In this document: positions 1-6,954 of the stretch, one piece after another
How the letters are laid out: each line of letters opens with the position of its first letter
How positions within the stretch are numbered: the first letter of the stretch is position 1
Virus record (IMG/VR): IMGVR_UViG_3300012227_000062
Source of the DNA: a virus
Length of the DNA: 14,729 nucleotides
Direction: 5' to 3' (one strand)
The notes under the pieces: generated by a model
What the model was told of the DNA's origin: nothing
The model's input: only the letters and a program-made list of their open reading frames with translations
The model's database searches: none
Translations under genes and position numbers: made by a program

Positions 1-1
1 G

Positions 2-604
2 CAAGCGCTGCGCAACGGCTACCAGGGCGAATCGACTGCCGGGCGCGCGTCGTTCATCTCCGGCAAGAAACCGAACGGCGCCGCTGGCGAAGACTGGCAG
101 CGCTCGCAACCGACTGAGGAGGATGTCGCCTACAGCCAGCTCGTGTTCGGCTGGATCAAAGAAAGCACGGACCCGAGCGAATACATGTACAACCTCCGCG
201 TCGCTGCCGCGCAATTCGGCGTGACCGGGCGCACGGAGGGCCTCTTGGCTTCCGCGATTGGCGCCTACCAGCGCGACGTCGAGAAGAAGATCGCCGCGCA
301 AGCGAAGCCGAAGACCGAAAGCGCCCATGTGGGCGAGATCGGCGCCCGTCTCGTATTCCGCCTCACCGTCCTGCGCCGACTCACCGTCGAAACCGCGTAC
401 GGCGGCCTCACGATTCACGTGCTGGAGGATGCGAGCGGCAACGTGTTCGTTTGGAAAACTGGCAGCGCCTACCTCGACTCCGGCAAGACCTACGACGTTA
501 GAGGCACCGTCAAGAAGCACTCTGACTACAAGGGCCGCAAGCAAACCGAGCTCTCGCGTTGCACAGTAGTGCTCGCCGCGTCCGAGCAGGAGAAATCAGC
601 ATGA
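2..604 (+). CDS. Hypothetical protein, 5'-partial; the reading frame is open from the window edge. The C-terminal region looks OB-fold-like.
   Basis: Frame 2 is open from nt 2 with no stop, and the first ATG is at 143. Stop TGA at 602-604 overlaps the next gene's ATG at 601 (ATGA). Amino-acid composition is protein-like. The C-terminal stretch 'TIHVLEDASGNVFVWKTGSAYLDSGKTYDVRGTVKKHSDYKG' looks like a beta-rich OB-type domain. I recognise no family. Confidence 0.55.
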   Translation, partial: QALRNGYQGESTAGRASFISGKKPNGAAGEDWQRSQPTEEDVAYSQLVFGWIKESTDPSEYMYNLRVAAAQFGVTGRTEGLLASAIGAYQRDVEKKIAAQAKPKTESAHVGEIGARLVFRLTVLRRLTVETAYGGLTIHVLEDASGNVFVWKTGSAYLDSGKTYDVRGTVKKHSDYKGRKQTELSRCTVVLAASEQEKSA

Positions 605-1197
605 ACGGCGACTACAAAGAAGACGATTTCACCACTGGGCCGAAGCCCAAGCTTGCGGAGGTCATCACGCTCGCCGACCGGCGCTCCCCGCCGCAAGAAG
701 AACCTCTGTCAGGTCCGGTTCGAGCCTACCAGGCTGCACTCTGTACCGAGATGGATCGCCAGCGCGAGCAGAGCAAACACCACACGATCGGTGCGAAGTA
801 CGTGCAAGGTAGAGACGTTGCCGAGGTGGCACGTTTGCTGCGCGCGGACATCGCGGAAGCAATCAGGATGTCGGAGCTCCCGAAGGGGCTCAAGTGCTCG
901 GTCCGTATCGCGCGCTACGCGGGGGGGCAGAGTCTCAACCTGGAGGTGACGGCGTTACCGGCTGAGCTGGCGCTGGCCAACCCGGCGAGGGTGCTCTTCG
1001 ATAAGACGCACCCGCATCGCCCGCACCCCGCGGGGATGGGCCTCTACAGCGACGAAGCGACACAGCTTGTCGCCAAGCTCGAGAAGTTAGCCAACGCCTA
1101 CAACTACGACCGATCGGACTCGATGACCGACTACTGGGACGTCAACTTCTATCTGCACGTCGAATTCTCGTTCGCAGTGCGCCAGGCAACCAAATGA
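601..1197 (+). CDS. Hypothetical protein, 198 aa
   Basis: ATG at 601 with AGGAG 11 nt upstream and an ATGA overlap with the previous stop. The alternative start at 559 lacks an RBS. The stop overlaps the next gene's start at 1194 (ATGA). No recognisable motif. Confidence 0.6.
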   Translation: MNGDYKEDDFTTGPKPKLAEVITLADRRSPPQEEPLSGPVRAYQAALCTEMDRQREQSKHHTIGAKYVQGRDVAEVARLLRADIAEAIRMSELPKGLKCSVRIARYAGGQSLNLEVTALPAELALANPARVLFDKTHPHRPHPAGMGLYSDEATQLVAKLEKLANAYNYDRSDSMTDYWDVNFYLHVEFSFAVRQATK

Positions 1198-1631
1198 AGA
1201 TCCCGGAATATCGAATCAGCCTCGTTCGTGAGCGCGTGCTCAGCTACCGCAAGCTCGACAGCTCGCGCAGTACGGCGGCGGTCCTTCATGCGATGCTCGA
1301 CGACGCCGACCGCGAGAAGATCGTGACGCTCTACGTCAACGGTGTCGGGGAGCTCATCGGCGCGGAGATCGTGGCCATTGGCAGCATGCACCAATGCGGG
1401 GTGGTCGCGAAGGACGTGTTTCGCGGGGCCATCGTCGGCGGGGCAGCGGCCATCATCCTCGGGCACAATCACCTGTCGGGGGATCCGACGCCAAGCTCAG
1501 CGGACATCGATGTCACCAAGATGCTGAGCGCCGCGGGCGCCCTGCTTGGTTGCAAGGTGCTCGACCACGTGATTGTCAGCCCGAACGGGCGCGACAAGTC
1601 GATGTTTGATTTGGGGCTCATCGAAGCGTGA
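1194..1631 (+). CDS. RadC-like JAB/MPN domain protein (UPF0758 family)
   Basis: The motif 'AIILGHNHLSGDPTPSSADIDVTKMLSAAGALLGCKVLDHVIV' matches the RadC/JAB signature HNHPSG..PS..D...T..L......LLgi.vlDHiIv. It is translationally coupled (ATGA) to the upstream gene. Confidence 0.85.
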   Translation: MKIPEYRISLVRERVLSYRKLDSSRSTAAVLHAMLDDADREKIVTLYVNGVGELIGAEIVAIGSMHQCGVVAKDVFRGAIVGGAAAIILGHNHLSGDPTPSSADIDVTKMLSAAGALLGCKVLDHVIVSPNGRDKSMFDLGLIEA

Positions 1632-1649
1632 AAAAAACTCAGGGTGACT

Positions 1650-1694
1650 CCTTTGAACGAGGTCGGGGCCTGGCGCCCCGGCTTGGTTCAAGGG
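1650..1694 (+). terminator. A strong imperfect 20-bp stem with a 5-nt loop. It is probably a terminator, attenuator or RNA-processing hairpin between the RadC-like gene and the next gene.
   Basis: cctttgaacgaggtcggggc / ctggc / gccccggcttggttcaaggg. Of 20 positions, 16 are Watson-Crick, 3 are G-U wobbles and 1 is a mismatch. A modestly T-rich tract (ctttctctct) starts about 8 nt downstream, so this is not a canonical intrinsic terminator. Confidence 0.35.
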
Positions 1695-1742
1695 AGTGGA
1701 CCTTTCTCTCTGCTGCATTGTTGATTGGAAAGGGGTTCGGCA

Positions 1743-2135
1743 ATGAATCGATTCTATGAATGGCTCGTGCTCTACACGTCGTGCGATACCGAATGGCAAA
1801 TCGTCGCACTGCTCAAGCGCACCTACGCGGGTGAGTTCGGCCTGGTGGTGAAGCACTTCTTTTTCGAGGCGGACACGTTCGCCCACGGCGTCGACAAGTT
1901 CTTCGTCACGCAGCAGGAAACGATTGCCGATCTCGGTTACTCGGCGCGAACCTTTCAACGCGGACTCGACGGCGACGACAGCGAGGGTGAGGACATCATC
2001 ATTGACGACAGCGAGAGCGAGCTTGTCGCGGCCGGCGTGCCTGTTCGTGGCGCGGTCGCGCAGCGTCTCAACGGTTGGCTGCGTCTCGCGGTCGGGTTTC
2101 CGGACCGACGTGAGCATCTCGAGGTGAAACCGTGA
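1743..2135 (+). CDS. Hypothetical protein with a helix-turn-helix-like segment and an acidic C-terminal region
   Basis: ATG at 1743 with AAAGGGG 8 nt upstream; the ORF track's TTG at 1725 is less likely. 'QQETIADLGYSARTFQRGL' resembles an HTH recognition unit. An acidic stretch DGDDSEGEDIIIDDSESE follows. The stop overlaps the next start (GTGA). Confidence 0.55.
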   Translation: MNRFYEWLVLYTSCDTEWQIVALLKRTYAGEFGLVVKHFFFEADTFAHGVDKFFVTQQETIADLGYSARTFQRGLDGDDSEGEDIIIDDSESELVAAGVPVRGAVAQRLNGWLRLAVGFPDRREHLEVKP

Positions 2136-2398
2136 GGCGCCGCATCTACCGACTCGTCGTCGAGACCTACGATGTCGATTTCAACGAGTGGGAAGCTCAC
2201 GGCTCGGTTCTCTTGCCGTACGGCGCGTGTCCGCGCGAAGTGGAGCACGCCTTGGCGTCGCTCGGGTTTTACTGCCCGCGTGGCGCCGACCGCCTGTCCT
2301 GGGCGGGCAACGTCGGAGCCTTTGCGCTCGCCATCATCAGCGATGGCAATGACCGTACCTTCTTGCGGCTCGTGCGAGCCGAAAGCGAGGCCGCTTGA
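2132..2398 (+). CDS. Hypothetical small protein, 88 aa, GTG start
   Basis: GTG at 2132 overlaps the upstream stop (GTGA) with GAGGTG just upstream. The stop overlaps the next gene's TTG (TTGA). GC is high at third codon positions. Confidence 0.45.
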   Translation: MRRRIYRLVVETYDVDFNEWEAHGSVLLPYGACPREVEHALASLGFYCPRGADRLSWAGNVGAFALAIISDGNDRTFLRLVRAESEAA

Positions 2399-3219
2399 AC
2401 GACAGCGAAAGCGCAGAACTCGCGAGACGCTACACGATCCCCGAGCTCGTCGCCGCGTGGCGCGAAGCCGAGGCCGTCGTGCGGCTCTCGTTTCGGACGC
2501 TGGTGGAGGCCGAGCAGCGCATCAACGCCGTCTACACGCTGAATGGCAGCTATCCGATTCGGGTGACGGCAAGCCGCTACCATCCGAACGAGATTGACTT
2601 CAAGGACATCGATAGCGCTCTCGAACGCATGGCGCGCGACTGCTGGGGAACCATTGTCGCCAAGTGCGAGCTCCACCGGATGATGAGCATCCAGCGCGCC
2701 CATGAGCTCGACGAGCAACTGAAAAAAGGTGAATTGCCACCGATCACAGAGGAGAACGTGGCCAACTTCATCCAGGGCTGTCTCGATAACCTACCCAAGA
2801 TGCTCGAGGAAGCGGTCGGCGAAGTGTTCGATTGGCTACGGCCTTGCCACACCGATTACAAAACCAACAGCAAGCTCGAGATCGGTCCGAAGGTCGTCCT
2901 CACGTACATGGTGGAAGAGGGCTACGGCGGGGAAAGTTTTCGGCTGAACTACAACAAGAGCCAGCACGTGATGGCTATGGAGAATGTTTTTAGCGCGCTC
3001 GACGGCAAGGGGCAGATCGCGAAGGCGAACCGAAGCGCGCTCGAGACGGCCATTGGCGCGTCGGGGCCGTCGGGCCGCGGGGAGACGCCGCTCTTCAAGT
3101 TTCGGGCGTTCAAGAATCGGAATCTCCATTTGGAGTTTCGGCGTCTGGATCTGCTCAAGAGATTCAACATGATCGCCGGTGGGCGCAACCTCCGACCGGC
3201 AGCAAAGGAAGCGTCATGA
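2395..3219 (+). CDS. Hypothetical protein, 274 aa, TTG start. It may belong to a DUF family seen in ICE/prophage accessory regions; the DUF4942 guess comes from memory only and is unverified.
   Basis: Long ORF with protein-like composition. It is coupled at both ends (TTGA upstream, ATGA downstream at 3216), with GAGG 4 nt upstream of the TTG. Confidence 0.6.
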   Translation: MNDSESAELARRYTIPELVAAWREAEAVVRLSFRTLVEAEQRINAVYTLNGSYPIRVTASRYHPNEIDFKDIDSALERMARDCWGTIVAKCELHRMMSIQRAHELDEQLKKGELPPITEENVANFIQGCLDNLPKMLEEAVGEVFDWLRPCHTDYKTNSKLEIGPKVVLTYMVEEGYGGESFRLNYNKSQHVMAMENVFSALDGKGQIAKANRSALETAIGASGPSGRGETPLFKFRAFKNRNLHLEFRRLDLLKRFNMIAGGRNLRPAAKEAS

Positions 3220-3689
3220 AGTTCAAAACTTCTTTGATTCTGGAACGGGCGTACAACTCGCCTCGTGCCTTCCGCACGAAACGACGTTCCCTGGTAGCTC
3301 CCATCAAAACGTTTCGCAGTGTCGGCGGGCGAGAGTTCACCGTCGGACGTGGCGAGCACGAGGAACGCTGCAAGGGTGACCCGCTTTGGTCCGACACGTG
3401 GCCCCTTCTTCACGAAGGGCGACCTGCGGGAAAACTGTTCCGTAGTCTGAACTATGGGACCACTGCAGATGGTGCGCCGCGCTGGCAGGCGAGCACCCGC
3501 GAGCTCTTCTGGTCCAAGGCTTCGGACGCGCCGACAGGTATCGGTTTCGACGTGGCCGCGTTCGATACGCCGGAGCAAGCGCTGGCGGCGTGGGGACGCA
3601 GCGCCGACGAGATCCTCGACTGGGCCGCTGGCAAGCCGGTGCGGAGCATCTACTCGAAAACCGGCGTCTTCCAGAAGGTGGCCCGATGA
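3216..3689 (+). CDS. Hypothetical protein, 157 aa
   Basis: ATG at 3216 with AAGGAAG upstream. ATGA overlaps at both ends. Confidence 0.55.
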   Translation: MKFKTSLILERAYNSPRAFRTKRRSLVAPIKTFRSVGGREFTVGRGEHEERCKGDPLWSDTWPLLHEGRPAGKLFRSLNYGTTADGAPRWQASTRELFWSKASDAPTGIGFDVAAFDTPEQALAAWGRSADEILDWAAGKPVRSIYSKTGVFQKVAR

Positions 3690-3901
3690 CCAGAAGAAGA
3701 ACGGCCGCGGAAGAAGCGGCAACGGCCAAGGATTGCGCAGACACGCGTGCCATGTGGGATCGCATGAATGCGCGCGATAGTAAACGCTTGGAGGAAGCCA
3801 AGGCGTACTTGGTCGCCCATGCCGGTAGCTACGGACAGATCATCCTCGAGCATGTGAAGGCTCTCGAGTTGCAGCTCGCGAAGGCAAAGAAGAAGAAATG
3901 A
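3686..3901 (+). CDS. Hypothetical small protein, 71 aa, with a lysine-rich C-terminus
   Basis: ATG at 3686 with AAGGTGG upstream and ATGA coupling at both ends. The ORF track's longer 3590 start lies inside the previous gene and is unlikely. Confidence 0.5.
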   Translation: MTRRRTAAEEAATAKDCADTRAMWDRMNARDSKRLEEAKAYLVAHAGSYGQIILEHVKALELQLAKAKKKK

Positions 3902-4503
3902 AAACGACCACCGTCGGAACCTGCATCGTCTGCAACCGCGAGATCGCTGTTCGACAATTGGGGCCGCAGACCTCGCATCCTGATGCAAAAGGAAGCACCG
4001 TTCTCGTGCATCACGGCTACCAGCGCCCCGGCGACGGGGCCATCCGCGGCGACTGTTTCGCGGTCGACCTTCCGCCGCATGAGCTGTCGGCCAATGCGGC
4101 GCAGGACTACCAGCGGCATTGCGAAACCACGCTCGTTGCGCTCCGTAAGGCGCTCGTCCAACACGAGCGTAACGGAGTCGACGTCTACAACCGAATGGAG
4201 CGCGTGCCGGTGCCGACAACGGCCGAGCGACCGACTTCGGTTTTCTATGGCAGCGTTGGCCGCGATCCGGGCTGGGAGGAAACCTTCGTGTCCTACCGGC
4301 GGGATGAGTCGGACGAGCGGCGCAGGCGCGTGTTCGCGGACCTGCAGGCTGATGCCATCGTGCGGACCAAGCACGGCATCGACTGGAACGAGAGGGAGAT
4401 CGCCCGGATGATCGTGGCGATCGACACGTGGGCGCTGAAGCCGCTCGGTAAGCGCGTCGAGACGCCGCCAACGACGCGGCGGCGAAGGAGGAGATTCGGA
4501 TGA
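3898..4503 (+). CDS. Hypothetical protein with an N-terminal CxxC/His cluster, putatively Zn-binding
   Basis: 'CIVCNREI...HHGYQRPGDGAIRGDC' is a candidate zinc-ribbon. ATGA coupling at both ends. Confidence 0.6.
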   Translation: MKTTTVGTCIVCNREIAVRQLGPQTSHPDAKGSTVLVHHGYQRPGDGAIRGDCFAVDLPPHELSANAAQDYQRHCETTLVALRKALVQHERNGVDVYNRMERVPVPTTAERPTSVFYGSVGRDPGWEETFVSYRRDESDERRRRVFADLQADAIVRTKHGIDWNEREIARMIVAIDTWALKPLGKRVETPPTTRRRRRRFG

Positions 4504-4841
4504 CCATCGAATTTAAAATGGACAGCGTGCATCTCGGACCGAAGGTTCTCATGTCGAGCCGGGCAGCGATCGAGGTGCTCGAGGTGCTCGGCTACACGTG
4601 GCGCGGGCTCGGCACGACGGGCGACAAGCTCGAGTCGCTCGACGTCGTTCGTCGCTGCGACCGGTACCTGATCAACAGGCAGACGGTGCAGAGTGCGCTC
4701 GCCAAGTTCGAGCTCCGTCAGGGGGGCAGCGCTAGAGGCGCCACGTCGCACGTCGACGCGGTGCTCATCGACATGGCGGAGCTTCGCTGCTTCGCACAGA
4801 AGGCGCTTCACGCGGGGCGCGCGATCCGGTGGTGCCCATGA
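4500..4841 (+). CDS. Hypothetical protein, 113 aa
   Basis: ATG at 4500 with a strong AAGGAGGAG RBS. ATGA coupling at both ends. Confidence 0.6.
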   Translation: MTIEFKMDSVHLGPKVLMSSRAAIEVLEVLGYTWRGLGTTGDKLESLDVVRRCDRYLINRQTVQSALAKFELRQGGSARGATSHVDAVLIDMAELRCFAQKALHAGRAIRWCP

Positions 4842-5137
4842 AACGTATGCATTTCCCAAGTATCAAAGACGTGGCGAGCGTGCTCGCCGTCATCAACCGG
4901 GGCACCGAGAGTGTCGAGAGCGACCCCATCGACGTGCGGTTGCAAGTGTACGACAACGGCACGTGGGCCGTTCGCACGGGCGATCCGCAGTACGACCTCG
5001 ATCACAGTGGCTATTGGGGCGCGTCGAGTCTGCCTGGCGTTTACGAGGGCAAGGTGCGGCGGTGCAATACGCGCGACGTCGCACGCGATCTACTCGAGCA
5101 GTGCAGAGAGATGCATGCCACGTCGAAGCTTGCGTAA
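4838..5137 (+). CDS. Hypothetical protein, 99 aa
   Basis: ATG at 4838 overlaps the previous stop (ATGA). The ORF track's GTG at 4829 is the less likely start. Confidence 0.5.
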   Translation: MKRMHFPSIKDVASVLAVINRGTESVESDPIDVRLQVYDNGTWAVRTGDPQYDLDHSGYWGASSLPGVYEGKVRRCNTRDVARDLLEQCREMHATSKLA

Positions 5138-5140
5138 CGT

Positions 5141-5156
5141 GTACGATCGTACTAGT
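5141..5156. promoter_or_regulatory. Palindromic motif GTACGATCGTAC-TAGT. This is copy 1 of a motif shared with 11001-11016.
   Basis: A perfect 12-bp palindrome (gtacgatcgtac) sits in the 33-bp gap before gene 12, immediately upstream of the AGAAGGAG RBS. A 16-bp match with 2 mismatches lies at 11001-11016. Confidence 0.45.
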
Positions 5157-5170
5157 AGAAGGAGTGACAC

Positions 5171-5896
5171 ATGGTTGACGTTGTGATTTCTGAGGAAGAA
5201 GCGCGTGGCTGCGGACACCGCAAGCCCGCCAAGGATGGCGTAGGCGTCTACCTCGTCGGACCGAGCGAAGGGGCGCCGTGCGGACGGCTGCCGTACGAGC
5301 TCCACGCGTGCCCGACGTGCAGCGGCGGCATCAAGCCGGCGCGGGGGTGGAGCTGGATAGAGCCACGAAACCTATTTGTGGATGCGTCCCGCTTGACGAT
5401 TGAGCCCGTAAACCTGTTTCTGGATGCAGGGGTGTGCTCGGTATCAGTTCCTGCGTTGCGAGCCGCCTGCCAGTCTTGTCCGCTCGGGCTCGGCATGCCG
5501 GAGGGGCGCCACGGGCTCATCTGGGTCGGCGAAGGGCACTACGCGGCGCCCGGCGACTTCATGACAGAGGCGCATCGCATGGGCGTCAGCCGCAAGATCA
5601 AGGCGGTGCCGAAGGGTTTCGAGCTCGGCAAGACGGTCGTTTACCTCGCGCACCGGCACACGCCGCTCAAGGAGTTCGACGTGGAGACGGGCTTGGCGAA
5701 GCTCGGACCTGCCATCTTCTCGGTGTTCAAGCCGACAGGGATCGACCTCGTCATCGCTGACGAGAACAAGGTCCCGGAGAAAGCCGAAAAGCTCGCCGAG
5801 AAGTACGGGGCGCGCATCGTGAAGGTGATTTCGAAGCTGGCCGAGCAGCCTCCCGAGGCGGAGGCGGTACAGCGTTCGCTGCCGATGGTGCCATGA
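5171..5896 (+). CDS. Hypothetical protein, 241 aa, with an N-terminal 4-Cys zinc-ribbon-like cluster and an internal 14-aa tandem repeat
   Basis: Strong RBS agaaggagtgacacATG. 'CGHRK..CGRLPYELHACPTCSGG' suggests a Zn ribbon. The repeats IEPRNLFVDASRLT / IEPVNLFLDAGVCS are encoded by 26-bp direct repeats at 5360-5385 and 5402-5427. The stop overlaps the next start (ATGA). Confidence 0.65.
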   Translation: MVDVVISEEEARGCGHRKPAKDGVGVYLVGPSEGAPCGRLPYELHACPTCSGGIKPARGWSWIEPRNLFVDASRLTIEPVNLFLDAGVCSVSVPALRAACQSCPLGLGMPEGRHGLIWVGEGHYAAPGDFMTEAHRMGVSRKIKAVPKGFELGKTVVYLAHRHTPLKEFDVETGLAKLGPAIFSVFKPTGIDLVIADENKVPEKAEKLAEKYGARIVKVISKLAEQPPEAEAVQRSLPMVP

Positions 5897-6474
5897 AATT
5901 GCGTATCCAAAACTACACGGCGTATCGAACGGTCGATCTGCGCCGGTTCTTTACGGCGGGCCTGCGGGCGATGGTTGTCACGCGGTCAAAGACGATCGAG
6001 GTGCGCTACCGGTCGGGCCGGCTGACGTGTTCACGGGCAACGCTCGGCGCGTTCGAAGAGGTCAGCGCCGTCGATGCCGATGGGCTGCCGTCGAAGAAAT
6101 GGCGGCTCGATGAGGGGCGCTGGATTCGTATGCTCATTGGTAAGCCGAGCCCGTCAGGTCCCGACCTGCGCCGGTTCGCGCGCGTGTTCGAGCACGAGGT
6201 GCTTCACAATAAGGGCGTCGGGCATCGTGAGATGACACCGGCACAGTGGCGCTGCGATGAGCCACTGCCGAAGTGGGCCGATGGCCTGGTAATCCGATTG
6301 AAGGAGGTCAAGGCGAAGCCGACCGCGGCGGACAGAGTGGCCGGCCGCGCAGAGCACGCGCGGGAGATGCTTGCGGCGTACGAGCGCAAACAGAAGCGCG
6401 TTGCGACGCTCCTCAAAAAGTGGCGGGCGAAGGTGCGCTACTATGAGCGACGCGCAGCAGCGAAGGCTCTTTGA
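5893..6474 (+). CDS. Hypothetical protein with an HEVLHNKGVGH (HExxHxxGxxH) zincin-like motif and a basic coiled-coil C-terminus
   Basis: ATG at 5893 (ATGA coupled). The motif matches HExxHxxGxxH exactly, but there is no other family evidence. Confidence 0.55.
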   Translation: MKLRIQNYTAYRTVDLRRFFTAGLRAMVVTRSKTIEVRYRSGRLTCSRATLGAFEEVSAVDADGLPSKKWRLDEGRWIRMLIGKPSPSGPDLRRFARVFEHEVLHNKGVGHREMTPAQWRCDEPLPKWADGLVIRLKEVKAKPTAADRVAGRAEHAREMLAAYERKQKRVATLLKKWRAKVRYYERRAAAKAL

Positions 6475-6600
6475 AATCTAGTGGTACAAGTGGGTACATT
6501 TTCAAGCGATTAGCTACCGTTTGAAAGCGTGCACATGAGGTCAAAGAACGGGAAAGCCTAGCCTCACCACTAGATTTGAAAGAGCTGCAAAAGGGACCTC
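6469..6600. promoter_or_regulatory. AT-rich intergenic island that probably holds a promoter or operator for genes 14-15
   Basis: A 15-bp inverted repeat (6471-6485 ttgaaatctagtggt / 6566-6580 accactagatttgaa) has 1 mismatch and flanks about 80 bp. TTTGAAA occurs three times, at 6470-6476, 6520-6526 and 6575-6581. A candidate sigma70-like pair is TTGAAA (6471-6476) and TACATT (6495-6500) with an 18-bp spacer. GC is about 45% against about 65% background. Confidence 0.4.
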
Positions 6601-6954
6601 ATGGAAACGAAGCGGTATGGAACGGTCGACGTGGATTGGGAGTGGGAGCAGTTCGAACCCGTGGCTGAAGAGCAAGCCGAGGATATCTACGAAGAGCAAG
6701 CCGACATCGTGATTTTCGATCCACGTCGCTGTCCGCGCCATCCCAACGTCCAGACGTCGAGCGATGATGGCATGTTCGATGCGCCCTGCGGCGAGTGCGA
6801 GTATGAGTCCGACAGCTGGGCTGAACGCTACGAGTGGGAGCGACCGGACCGGCCAATCGCCCGGTGCGGGCTCGGCTACCGGTACTGGGGTTATGATCCC
6901 AAGGGTGAGCTAGTGAGCTGCTTGGCCACGCTGAACGACGAACTGGTGTTCTGA
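6601..6954 (+). CDS. Very acidic small protein with a Cys cluster, 117 aa
   Basis: RBS aaaagggacctcATG. About 29 D/E residues against about 12 K/R. Cys-containing motifs CPRHP, CGEC and ARCG. Confidence 0.6.
   Translation: METKRYGTVDVDWEWEQFEPVAEEQAEDIYEEQADIVIFDPRRCPRHPNVQTSSDDGMFDAPCGECEYESDSWAERYEWERPDRPIARCGLGYRYWGYDPKGELVSCLATLNDELVF

Noticed and set aside
559-1197. The longer track start (559) for gene 2, and likewise 3590 for gene 8, 1725 for gene 4 and 4829 for gene 11
   Set aside because: The upstream extensions lack an RBS and fall inside the preceding gene. The downstream ATGs form 4-nt ATGA overlaps with recognisable SD sequences.
3650-4552. A 300-aa minus-strand ORF, plus others at 1497..2117, 2949..3722, 6599..7168, 6910..7626 and 7778..8554
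   Set aside because: They are Arg/Pro/Ser-rich and antisense to plus-strand genes that have RBSs and coupled stop-start overlaps. The GC3 pattern favours the plus-strand frames.
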